DNA from: Polyangiales bacterium
GTDB lineage: Bacteria > Myxococcota_A > Polyangia > Polyangiales > Polyangiaceae
Length of the DNA: 64,000 bases
Direction: 5' to 3'
Assembly: GCA_038230375.1 (NCBI GenBank)
Contig: JBBRNJ010000035.1
Coordinates: 21,379 to 85,378 of the forward strand
Shown here: positions 1 to 8,572 of the stretch, one piece after another
Layout: the number at the start of each line of letters is the position of its first letter
Numbering within the stretch: position 1 is the first letter of the stretch
Made by a program: the position numbers and the translations under genes
The notes under the pieces: model-generated
Told to the model about the DNA's origin: nothing
What the model saw: only the letters and a program-made list of their open reading frames with translations
The model's database searches: none

Positions 1-2
1 AG

Positions 3-344
3 ATCGCGGCGAAGAGCCTCACGCGAACCGCGGGCATCGTTGCCGCGCCCAAGAAGTTCCTGGGCGTGCTCGAATCACGCGGCTGGGAGCGAAGAGACGC
101 GAGCTTCGTGGGAACGTTCCTGAAGACGGTGCAGGACGAGAGTGGAGCGCCACTGCGCGCGGAGCTTCCCCTCTCGGAGGGCGTGGAGATCGCCTACCTG
201 CGCGACGCACCAGACGCGGCGACAGAGGCCATTGTCGTTCACGCGATGGACGACGACCGGCCCATCGCGCTCGGCAAGCTCGACCTTGTGAGCTTCTCCG
301 AGCTGGTGGCCGACATACAGGCGCTCACGCAGTCTTCGCGCTAG
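3..344 (+). CDS. Hypothetical protein, 5'-truncated by window edge
   Basis: Frame of ORF 66..344 is open back to position 3; GC3-rich codons; no motif recognised. Confidence 0.6.
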   Translation: MAAKSLTRTAGIVAAPKKFLGVLESRGWERRDASFVGTFLKTVQDESGAPLRAELPLSEGVEIAYLRDAPDAATEAIVVHAMDDDRPIALGKLDLVSFSELVADIQALTQSSR

Positions 345-379
345 CGCTCCCGCGAGCGTGACGAGGTAGACTCGCCTGC

Positions 380-1750
380 ATGCGGTGCTCCACCTTGCTG
401 GCTCTCTTCGCGTGCTCCACCGTGGTCGCTTCGATTGGTTGCAAGACGCAACCATCGGCCTCCGCCACGCAGGACGCAGCGACGTCGCCGATGGCATCCG
501 CATCGAGCGCGTTCGCGGCGACGCTCGGAGAGGACGGCGGGAAGGTCCCGACCGGAACGCCGAATTTGCTCCAGGCAGTGCCCGCGAAGGTGGCCGTGTC
601 TTCCACTGTAGAGAACCCGCGCGACTTCCCCGAGCACCTGATGGACGGGCGCATGGATACTGCATGGAATGGCAAGACCGGCGATCTGCACGCCACGATC
701 GCCTTCCGCGTCCCGGCAGACGCGCACGTGGACCGGGTAGACATCACCGCCGGCTACGACAGCCATCAGAAGGGCGGGGAGAAGCTGGACCTCTTCACCG
801 CGAACCATCGCATCAAGACCATCGCGGTGCATCGCAACGGCAAGAAGGTGAAGGAGGTCGCGCTCGACCCGCAGCGCCGCGGGTTTCAGCCCGTGCCCAT
901 CGATCTCGATGGCGGTGACTTCGTCCTGGAGGTCGTGGGCACGGAGCCGGGTTCGAAGAAGGACTGGAAGGAGATCGTCGTCTCCGAGATGCGCGTGGTG
1001 GGACGCCCCGGCAAGGAGCTCCGCAAGAGCGGCGAGCCGCTGCGCATCGCGGTGGGCACGCTGGACACGCCCGTCTCGGCCGGACTTCCAGCGGATAGAA
1101 GCCGCCTCGATGTGCGAAAGGCCCTGGCGGATGTATGTGCACAATACATTGATTCCGTGAAGGCGGACTACCAGCGAATCCTGGCCGAGCCCGAGGGGTC
1201 GAGCCCGATGACGGAGGACAAGAAGAGCCTGAAGGCGCCGTTCTGCAGGCCGGCCACGTGGAGCGGGAAATTCCAGGGCGACGCGACATGGAAGAGCGCG
1301 ACCGCGGTGCGCGCGGGCTACGCCAGGTCGGACGCGATGCACCTGGTCGTGGAGCTCGCGCGAGGCTTCGCGCTGACGCCCATCGTGTGGGACGACGCGG
1401 GCGCGAACCTCACGGGCTGCCCGAGCGTGGTCGAGGCGAGTGAGGTGCCGGAGGTGCGGGTGGACAACGGCATGCTGCTCGCGATCGTGGACGGCTCGCG
1501 CATGACCTTTGTCGAGCCGGTCGACGACAAGGACAACGGCGGCCGGTACATGGCGGTGCGTGGTGCGGTGGCGTGCAAGGACACCGGCACTTCGCTCGAG
1601 TGCGCAGACTACAACCCCCAGTACCAGGAGCCGCTCGCGCTCAAGATCCAGGCGAACCCGCGAGGCCAGCCGCCCCTCTCATCCCTCCCGTGGAGTAACG
1701 TGAAGAAGTTCCACGTGGGTCCCGATCTGCAAATCGTGATCGATCCCTGA
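380..1750 (+). CDS. Lipoprotein with discoidin/galactose-binding-like (NADase-type glycan-binding) domain
   Basis: Signal peptide and lipobox (ASIGC); motifs VAVSS..HLMDGRMDTAW, NHRIK, IVVSEM typical of the discoidin-like fold. Confidence 0.65.
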   Translation: MRCSTLLALFACSTVVASIGCKTQPSASATQDAATSPMASASSAFAATLGEDGGKVPTGTPNLLQAVPAKVAVSSTVENPRDFPEHLMDGRMDTAWNGKTGDLHATIAFRVPADAHVDRVDITAGYDSHQKGGEKLDLFTANHRIKTIAVHRNGKKVKEVALDPQRRGFQPVPIDLDGGDFVLEVVGTEPGSKKDWKEIVVSEMRVVGRPGKELRKSGEPLRIAVGTLDTPVSAGLPADRSRLDVRKALADVCAQYIDSVKADYQRILAEPEGSSPMTEDKKSLKAPFCRPATWSGKFQGDATWKSATAVRAGYARSDAMHLVVELARGFALTPIVWDDAGANLTGCPSVVEASEVPEVRVDNGMLLAIVDGSRMTFVEPVDDKDNGGRYMAVRGAVACKDTGTSLECADYNPQYQEPLALKIQANPRGQPPLSSLPWSNVKKFHVGPDLQIVIDP

Positions 1751-1773
1751 ACAGGGCTGCCCACCGATGCTGG

Positions 1774-2715
1774 TCACAGGCGCTTGGCGAGATCTCGCAC
1801 GGCTCCTGGCGTGGCTGCGTCGCCGAAGAGCTGCGGCAAGAAGCACGTCTTCACCTTGATCCCCTCGGAAAGGCGATGCAGCGCCTCCGCCTGCACTCGC
1901 TCGCGGATCGCGCGGTCCCTGCCCGCGGCAAGCGCGGCCGCCGGCTTCGCGCCCAGGTCCGCATCCTCTCCGCCACGCTCTCCCTCCAGCACGGCCCGCT
2001 CCGCCTTCGAGAACAGCGGCGGAAGCATGCAATTTACAACTATTTTTCCGATGGGCAGCAGCAGCTCGCGCTCGAGCGCGTTGCAGAGCTCGATGCTCTC
2101 CGTGACGGGCAGCTCCTCCGGCAGCGTGACGATGATCACGTTGCACGTCTTCGGATCCTGGAAGAGCTTCCACGCGCGCTCGGCGTCGCGACGCAGGAGC
2201 CCTGGCGGCACCACGTCCAGGATGACCTTGGGAACGCGGAGCATGTCCAGACCGTGCCCGGTGGCGGGCGCATCCAGGATGACAACGTCGTACTTGGGGA
2301 GGCCGTCCGTGCGCTCCTCGGTGGTGTGCCACCACGCCTTGCCCAGCATGGTCCACTCTTGCATGCCCGGCACGGCGCGGAAGAAGGACCGCGTGTAGCT
2401 GTTGTCGAAGAGCAGCTTGTAGAGCGAGCGGGACTTGAGCGTCATCATCCCGTACTCCTCGAGCGCGACGTTCGGGTCGATGTTCACCGCCCACACGTTC
2501 TCCGCCACGAGCGAGACGGTGGAGCCCACCGGCTCCGATCCGAACATCGCCGAGATGCGCTCCTTCGCGTTGCACATCACGATGAGCACGCGCTTGCCCT
2601 TGTGCGCGTAGGCGAGCGCCTGCGCCGCCGACACCGTGGTCTTGCCCACGCCGCCTTTGCCCGCGACGATGACGAACCGAACGGAGTCGGCAGCGTCTTT
2701 CTTGGGCTGGGGCAT
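1774..2715 (-). CDS. ArsA/GET3-family ATPase
   Basis: GKGGVGKTT deviant Walker A, DAPATGH switch II, VTLPEELP, VVN; start re-assigned to ATG 2715. Confidence 0.9.
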   Translation of the reverse strand: MPQPKKDAADSVRFVIVAGKGGVGKTTVSAAQALAYAHKGKRVLIVMCNAKERISAMFGSEPVGSTVSLVAENVWAVNIDPNVALEEYGMMTLKSRSLYKLLFDNSYTRSFFRAVPGMQEWTMLGKAWWHTTEERTDGLPKYDVVILDAPATGHGLDMLRVPKVILDVVPPGLLRRDAERAWKLFQDPKTCNVIIVTLPEELPVTESIELCNALERELLLPIGKIVVNCMLPPLFSKAERAVLEGERGGEDADLGAKPAAALAAGRDRAIRERVQAEALHRLSEGIKVKTCFLPQLFGDAATPGAVRDLAKRL

Positions 2716-2780
2716 GCATCCATCCTTTAAGGGACCTCCGCCAGCGTGGCAAGGAGTGAAGACCATGATAATCAGCCGGC

Positions 2781-4487
2781 ATGTCCGGCCGTCCGCATCC
2801 AGCCAAGCCTGAAGCACCGCGAGCAGCCGGTGCTGGCGGCGTCCGCGTGATGCCGTTCGGGGGTCTGGGCGAGATCGGGATGAACGCCATGGCGATCGTT
2901 CAGGGTCGGGACGCGATCCTGGTGGACTGCGGCGTGTCGTTCGCCGATCGCGCGTTCGGGGCGGATGTCATCCATCCCGACTTCACCGCGCTCATGGACT
3001 TCGAGGTGCGCGGCGTGGTCATCACGCACGGCCACGAGGACCACATAGGCGCTGTCCCGTATTTCCTGCGGCGCTTCGACGTGCCGGTCTATGGACCGAA
3101 ATACGCGCTTTCGCTCCTGTCGGACCGCTCACGCGAGCACGAGGTGCTGTTCCACGCGGACCTCATCGACGTCTCCACGCGCGCGCCATTCAAGGTCGGC
3201 CCGTTCACCGTCGAGGCGATCCGCGTCGCGCACTCCACTGCGGATGCAACGGCGCTCGCCATCGAGACCGAGGCCGGCATCATCTTCCACACGGGCGATT
3301 TCAAGTTCGACGACGACGCAGACCCGTCTGCCGCTGTGGATACGGAACGCATCGCGGAGCTCTCGCGCGCGGGGATCTCGCTCATGCTTTCGGACTCCAC
3401 GAACGCCGATCGCGACGGCAGCTCCGGCAGCGAGCGCACCGTGGCCACCGCGCTCTCCGCGATCATCCACGAGGCCAAGGCCGCGGTCGTCGTCACGCTG
3501 TTCGCGTCCAATGTGGACCGGCTGGACGCGCTGGGTCGCATCGCGCGCGAGACCGGTCGGCGGCTGGTGCTCGTGGGTCGAAGCATGGAGCGGCACCTCA
3601 AGGTCGCGCGGCGGCTCGGGCTGCTCGGCTTCCCTGCGGAGCTTCTCTGGCCAGAGGAGCGCATCCGCGAGCTGCCGCGGAACCAGATCCTCGCGCTCGC
3701 GACGGGGAGCCAGGGCGAGCAGAACGCAGGGCTCGCGAAGCTCTCTCGCGACGAGGTGCCAGGCCTGTCGCTCGGCGAAGGTGACACGGTCATCCTGTCG
3801 TCGCGCGTGATCCCCGGCCACGAGCTGGAGGTGCAGCGGATCATCGGCGATTTCCTGCGAAAAGGCGCCCACGTGCGCTTTCCGTCGCGCGATCCGGACA
3901 TCCACGTGAGCGGCCATGCGTGCCGCGACGAGCAGCGCCGCATGCTGGACCTTGTCGCCCCCGCGTCGTTCATCCCGGTGCACGGCGCGCTTCATCATCT
4001 TCACGCGCACGCGGAGCTGGCGCGTGAGGCGGGTGTTTCGCGGGTGCAGATCCTCGAGAACGGAGAGAGCGCGCACCTCTCAGCCCAGGCGGAGCTCTCG
4101 CGCGACGCGAACTTCCGCGTGGGGAAGATCTTCACCTGGGACAAGCGCGAGGTCGCGCCCTCCGTGCTCGGTGAGCGGAAGGCGCTCGCGCACGATGGCA
4201 TTGCGGTGCTGTCGCTGCCGCTCGATGGCAACGGCGCGCTCGTGGGAGCGCCGGAGATCCAGGCGCGCGGGGTGATGATGGAGCCCGAGCTCACGCGGGC
4301 GCGTCCCGAGCTGACGCGTGAGATCCAGGAGGCCGTTCGTGCGGTGTCTCCGCCGACGAACCGCGAGCGCAGCACGGAAGCCGCGCGGCTCGCGACCAGG
4401 CGCGTGATCGGAAAGCTGACGGGGCACAAGCCCGTGGTGGTGGTCACATCGTCCATTCCTGCGCCGGGGACGGGGGGAAAGCCGTGA
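2781..4487 (+). CDS. rnj: Ribonuclease J (MBL beta-CASP)
   Basis: GGLGEIGMN, THGHEDHIG, HTGDFK, SDSTNA, GSQGE, HVSGH, PVHG motifs. Confidence 0.93.
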   Translation: MSGRPHPAKPEAPRAAGAGGVRVMPFGGLGEIGMNAMAIVQGRDAILVDCGVSFADRAFGADVIHPDFTALMDFEVRGVVITHGHEDHIGAVPYFLRRFDVPVYGPKYALSLLSDRSREHEVLFHADLIDVSTRAPFKVGPFTVEAIRVAHSTADATALAIETEAGIIFHTGDFKFDDDADPSAAVDTERIAELSRAGISLMLSDSTNADRDGSSGSERTVATALSAIIHEAKAAVVVTLFASNVDRLDALGRIARETGRRLVLVGRSMERHLKVARRLGLLGFPAELLWPEERIRELPRNQILALATGSQGEQNAGLAKLSRDEVPGLSLGEGDTVILSSRVIPGHELEVQRIIGDFLRKGAHVRFPSRDPDIHVSGHACRDEQRRMLDLVAPASFIPVHGALHHLHAHAELAREAGVSRVQILENGESAHLSAQAELSRDANFRVGKIFTWDKREVAPSVLGERKALAHDGIAVLSLPLDGNGALVGAPEIQARGVMMEPELTRARPELTREIQEAVRAVSPPTNRERSTEAARLATRRVIGKLTGHKPVVVVTSSIPAPGTGGKP

Positions 4488-5383
4488 AGATGTCACCGAC
4501 CCAGGCCCTGCCGACGCGTGCGCCCAGGGCCAGCGTGTTCTTCGCGCGCACGCTGACCGCGCTCGACCTTACCCTTGGGCAGACGGTCCCGCGCATGCTC
4601 GCGAACGCGAGCGAGGACCTTGAGGCGCTCCACGACTTCCGCGTCGAGGTCCGCAAGCTCCGCACGCTGCTCAAGGCGGCGCGGTCCCTCTATGGTCGCT
4701 TCCACGCCGACGCCGTGCGCGCTGGCTTCACGGAGATGCATCGCGCCACCGGCGCGCTCCGCGACGAAGAGGTGTTCCTGGAGCTGCTCGGGACGCTCGG
4801 CCTTGATCGCGACGAGACGCGTGACGAGATGCTGGCGTTCATCGCGAAGCGCCACGCACGCGAGCGAGCGCTGCGCCGCAATGTGCTCGCTCTGGTGCGA
4901 AGCCCGAAGGTGAAGCGGGCGCGGTCGCTCCTCTCTGCGATCACGCTCCTGCCGCTCGATCCGAAGCACGAGAAGGATCTCCACAAATTCGCGCGGAAGA
5001 CCGTGGCGCGCGCGATGGTCGGTGTGGACGCGCTCCGCAACACGCCAACGACGGATGACGTGGGCCTGCACGACCTTCGCATTGCGTACAAGGGGCTCCG
5101 CTACGCCTGCGAGCTGATGGCCACCGCGCTGCCACCGGACATCGCAACGCTGGCGGAGCCTGCGGCGAAGATGCAGAAGCGCCTGGGCGAGATCCACGAC
5201 GTGGACGCCGCGCTGCTCTCCATCGGCCGCGCCCGCTCGCTCTCGCCACTACTGCGAGCAAGGCTCCTGCAGGCGCTCCACCAGCGCCGCGAGAAATTGG
5301 TTGTAAAATACACGAATCTGGCCCACGCCTTCGCAGAGGCGAACAAGGAAGAAGAGGCCGAGACGACGACGACGACGACCTAG
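4484..5383 (+). CDS. CHAD domain (polyphosphate-binding) protein
   Basis: EALHDFRV..RKLR, LRDEEV, LHDLRI..K.LRY, Q..LGEIHD; GTGA overlap with rnj. Confidence 0.88.
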   Translation: MKMSPTQALPTRAPRASVFFARTLTALDLTLGQTVPRMLANASEDLEALHDFRVEVRKLRTLLKAARSLYGRFHADAVRAGFTEMHRATGALRDEEVFLELLGTLGLDRDETRDEMLAFIAKRHARERALRRNVLALVRSPKVKRARSLLSAITLLPLDPKHEKDLHKFARKTVARAMVGVDALRNTPTTDDVGLHDLRIAYKGLRYACELMATALPPDIATLAEPAAKMQKRLGEIHDVDAALLSIGRARSLSPLLRARLLQALHQRREKLVVKYTNLAHAFAEANKEEEAETTTTTT

Positions 5384-5510
5384 ACTTCGACCTCGACTTT
5401 AGACCTCGACCTCGACTTCGACCTCGACTTCGACCTCGACTTCGACCTCGACTTCGACCTCGACCTCGACCTCGACCTCGACCTCGACCTCGACCCTCAA
5501 ACCTCAAACC
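5380..5510. repeat. YTCGAC hexamer tandem repeat (15 perfect units at 5405-5494, degenerate flanks)
   Basis: Directly visible (CTCGAC/TTCGAC)n between convergent CHAD and cyclophilin genes. Confidence 0.95.
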
Positions 5511-5520
5511 TCCAGAGCGG

Positions 5521-6096
5521 TCAGCCGTTCGGGACGGTGTCGCTTCGGAAGATTTCTAGCTTTTGCAGGACGATGTCCGTCATCGGCCTGTCCCGCGGGC
5601 CCGTCGCGGAGTGGGTGATCTTGGGGATCAGCTCTGCGTTGACGATCACCTGACCGAAGACGGAGTGCTTGTTGTCCAGCCAGGGTGTGGCCTTCTCACA
5701 GACGAAGAACTGCGAGCCGTTCGAGGAGGGACCCGAGTTCGCCATCGAGAGAATGCCGACGCCGATGTGCCTGAGCTCGGGATGGAACTCGTCCTTGAAT
5801 TTGTAGCCTGGACCGCCCGTACCCTGACCGAGCGGGTCACCGCCCTGGATCATGAAATCCGGGATGACGCGGTGAAAGATGGTGCCGTCGTAGTAGGGGA
5901 CGCCCTGCTTCTCCTGACCGGAGCGCGGGTCCTTGTACGTCTGCGTGCCCATCGCCAGGCCGACGAAGTTCTTCACGGTGTCGGGGGCGCGTTGCTCCTC
6001 GAGCCGCGCCACCATGGTGCCCATGGAGGTCACGAAACGCGCATAGAGCTGCCCGGAGCCCGGGACGTTGATGGGGGGAAACGTTGCCTCGACCAT
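5521..6096 (-). CDS. Cyclophilin-type peptidyl-prolyl isomerase
   Basis: YYDGTIFHRVIPDFMIQGGDP, LSMANSG..NGSQFF, WLDNKHSVFG. Confidence 0.96.
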   Translation of the reverse strand: MVEATFPPINVPGSGQLYARFVTSMGTMVARLEEQRAPDTVKNFVGLAMGTQTYKDPRSGQEKQGVPYYDGTIFHRVIPDFMIQGGDPLGQGTGGPGYKFKDEFHPELRHIGVGILSMANSGPSSNGSQFFVCEKATPWLDNKHSVFGQVIVNAELIPKITHSATGPRDRPMTDIVLQKLEIFRSDTVPNG

Positions 6097-6332
6097 GAGA
6101 TCCTCCAGAAACGCCAAAAATCGCGCAAGGGCCACTCCCTCGCAAGGCCGAACATAGACGATCTACAGGCTCAGTTGGGGCTCACGTCAGGGTCGTTCCA
6201 ATTCCCGTGCCCACCTTGGCGCCGACATGTCTATACTGGCGCTCCCAGTAGAGTTTGTGGCCCTAATCCTTGACCGGTTTTCGGCTCTCTTGATACCCCT
6301 AGGCTCTCCCTGGAATCGGTTCGGAGGAACGC

Positions 6333-7430
6333 GTGATCACCTGCCCCAAGTGCTCGAAGGACAACCAAGACCACTACAAGTTCTGTCTAGGTTGTGGCGC
6401 AGAGCTCCCGCGCGATGCAGCGCCCAAGCCGTTCACGCCGCAGACGCCTGCCCACGGCATGAAAGCGCAGCAAGCCTCCGTTGCCGCGGCAGCGCCGCCA
6501 GTCGCTGCGCCCGTGGCAGCGCCTCCTCCTGTGCTGGCCCCTCCTCCCGTGGTGGCAGCCCCTCCCCCGGTGGCAGCCCCTGTCGTGGCGTCCCCCATGA
6601 CAGCGCAGCCCGTCGCACCTGCTGTCGCTCCTCCGCCGCAAGCTGGCGGTGCGATCGTCGTGTGCCCGCAATGCGGCCATAACAACTCGCCAGGCAATCT
6701 GTTCTGCGGCTCGTGCGGCTTCCGTCTTGGTGGTGGCGCGCCGGCGTCGGTGGCTGCGCAGCCTCCTCCGCCCATGGCGGCTGGCGGTGGCGGTCCGAGT
6801 GGCGTCGTCCTCACGGCGCTCCGCGCTGACGGCTCGGAGGCTGGCACCTTCATCGTCCCCACCGCGACGTTCGTCGTTGGTCGTGACGTTGGCGGCATCT
6901 TCGCTGGCGACAGCTATCTCTCGCCCAAGCACGCCACCATGCGTCGCGACGGCCCGCGGCTCCTGATCAAGGACGAAGGCTCGCTCAACGGCGTCTACAA
7001 GAAGCTCGCCCGCGACGTCCCCGTGGAGCTCAAGCCCAACGACGTGTTCCGCATCGGGCAAGAGATCATCAAGTTCGAAGCGCTCACGCCGGAGCCCGCA
7101 TCGCCTGATGGCGTGGAGCGGCTCGGCTCTCCTTCCAAGGGCTACGTGGGGCGCATCGCGCTCGTCATCGGCCGCGACACGACCGGAAATGCGTTCCCCA
7201 TTCCCGACGCGGGCATCCACCTGGGTCGCGAGCGCGGCGACGTGCTCTTCCCCGAGGACGGCTACGTGTCCGGCCTTCACTGCCGCCTCTCATGGGAGGG
7301 CAACAAGCTCTTCATGACGGACCTCGGCAGCTCCAACGGCTCCTTCATCCGCCTGAAGGAAGAGACCGACGTGAAGACCGGCGACGTGCTGCTCATGGGC
7401 CAGCAGCTGTTCAGAGTGGCTCTATCGTGA
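6333..7430 (+). CDS. Double zinc-ribbon + tandem FHA domain protein
   Basis: CPKC..FCLGCG and CPQC..FCGSCG; Pro/Ala linker; two GR..S..H..S.NG FHA signatures. Confidence 0.9.
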   Translation: MITCPKCSKDNQDHYKFCLGCGAELPRDAAPKPFTPQTPAHGMKAQQASVAAAAPPVAAPVAAPPPVLAPPPVVAAPPPVAAPVVASPMTAQPVAPAVAPPPQAGGAIVVCPQCGHNNSPGNLFCGSCGFRLGGGAPASVAAQPPPPMAAGGGGPSGVVLTALRADGSEAGTFIVPTATFVVGRDVGGIFAGDSYLSPKHATMRRDGPRLLIKDEGSLNGVYKKLARDVPVELKPNDVFRIGQEIIKFEALTPEPASPDGVERLGSPSKGYVGRIALVIGRDTTGNAFPIPDAGIHLGRERGDVLFPEDGYVSGLHCRLSWEGNKLFMTDLGSSNGSFIRLKEETDVKTGDVLLMGQQLFRVALS

Positions 7431-7470
7431 TCGCTCTCCTGAGCGCTCGCCAGGGGGAGGCGGGGACAGC

Positions 7471-7875
7471 GTGAGCGGGCCGACATCGGTGCGTACCATC
7501 CGCGTCGTGGCCGCGGTGCTCGAGCGTGATGGCAAGTACCTCATCACGCAGCGCCGCACGTCGGCCGTGCTCCCGCTGCTCTGGGAGTTTCCGGGCGGGC
7601 GCGTGGAGGCGGGCGAGACGGATGTGCTCGCGCTGAAGCGGGAGCTCCTGCACCGGCTCGGCGCCGACATCGAGTGCGGCAAGCTCATCTCGTTCGTGAG
7701 CCACCCGTACGAGCACTACGTCGTGGATCTCTTCCTGTACGAATGCACGCTGAAGAGCGAGCTGCTCGAGCCGCGCGCCGTGAACGCGTTCAAGTGGGTC
7801 GCGAGCGGCGAGTTCGATCAGTACCCGTTCACGCCGGCCGACGAGGCCTCCATGAACAAGCTCCTCGGCGTCTGA
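7471..7875 (+). CDS. NUDIX hydrolase, MutT/NudG-like
   Basis: WEFPGGRVEAGET...ALKREL nudix box (the EE is replaced by HR). Confidence 0.85.
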   Translation: MSGPTSVRTIRVVAAVLERDGKYLITQRRTSAVLPLLWEFPGGRVEAGETDVLALKRELLHRLGADIECGKLISFVSHPYEHYVVDLFLYECTLKSELLEPRAVNAFKWVASGEFDQYPFTPADEASMNKLLGV

Positions 7876-7910
7876 AACGGCGTTGCCTCGGAGCAATCCA
7901 ACGCCGTTTC
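7874..7910. terminator. Stem-loop between convergent genes
   Basis: GAAACGGCGTTG (7874-7885) / CAACGCCGTTTC (7899-7910), a 12-bp perfect inverted repeat. Confidence 0.6.
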
Positions 7911-7936
7911 CACTTTTGCGGTCGGATGTTCGCCGG

Positions 7937-8545
7937 TCAGATGTTCGAGAGGATCGGGTAGGCCCACCAGAGCCCCACACCGAGGGAGAGGAGGCCGCTT
8001 GCTGCTACCAGGCCGCGGGCGATCGCAGGCTTTTGGGCGAGACGTGAGAGTGGCACACCCGCGAGCCCTGCGAGCAGCGCCATGCCGACCAGCGCGCCGG
8101 ATGCGTACAGCGTCATGAAGGCGAGGCCCTCGGGGAGGCTGTAGAGCCTGGAGACGGCGAGCGCGGTCAGCGCGCCACTGCCCGACAACCCGTGCACGAG
8201 CCCTACCGCGAAGGGCAGACGCGCGCTCTGCGTGTGGCCGCGGTGGACGTGCTTGGACACGAACAGTGCGCGCACCCCGAGCGCTACGAGCGCTGCCGCG
8301 ACCAGGAGCTCCAGCGCATTGCCGATGCGCACGGGCATCACCGCGTGAAGCGCGAACATGAGGCCGCCCATGCCCACAAGCATGAGCCCATGGCCGAGCC
8401 CCCATGACGTAGCAAACGCAACCAGGCGCGAGGCCCGCTTCTCACCCGCAGCCAGCGTTGTCACCGCGGCAATATGATCAGGCTCGAACGCATGACGGAC
8501 CCCGGCCACGAGGCCGAGTGACATGCCGAGCAGCGCCGCAATCAT
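7937..8545 (-). CDS. NicO/UreH-like nickel/cobalt transporter-family membrane protein
   Basis: RHAFEPDHIAAV, WGLGH, GLVHGLSGSG motifs; about 6 TM helices. Confidence 0.8.
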   Translation of the reverse strand: MIAALLGMSLGLVAGVRHAFEPDHIAAVTTLAAGEKRASRLVAFATSWGLGHGLMLVGMGGLMFALHAVMPVRIGNALELLVAAALVALGVRALFVSKHVHRGHTQSARLPFAVGLVHGLSGSGALTALAVSRLYSLPEGLAFMTLYASGALVGMALLAGLAGVPLSRLAQKPAIARGLVAASGLLSLGVGLWWAYPILSNI

Positions 8546-8572
8546 GGCGATGTAACTAGCACGCCGGCGGAG

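Noticed and set aside
4941..5507. ORF with RG/RS-repeat N-terminus (also 31708..32268, 11109..11795)
   Set aside because: Translations of the hexamer microsatellite overlapping real genes
5380..5510. Possible CRISPR array (also 11431-11690)
   Set aside because: No unique spacers and no cas genes; simple tandem repeats
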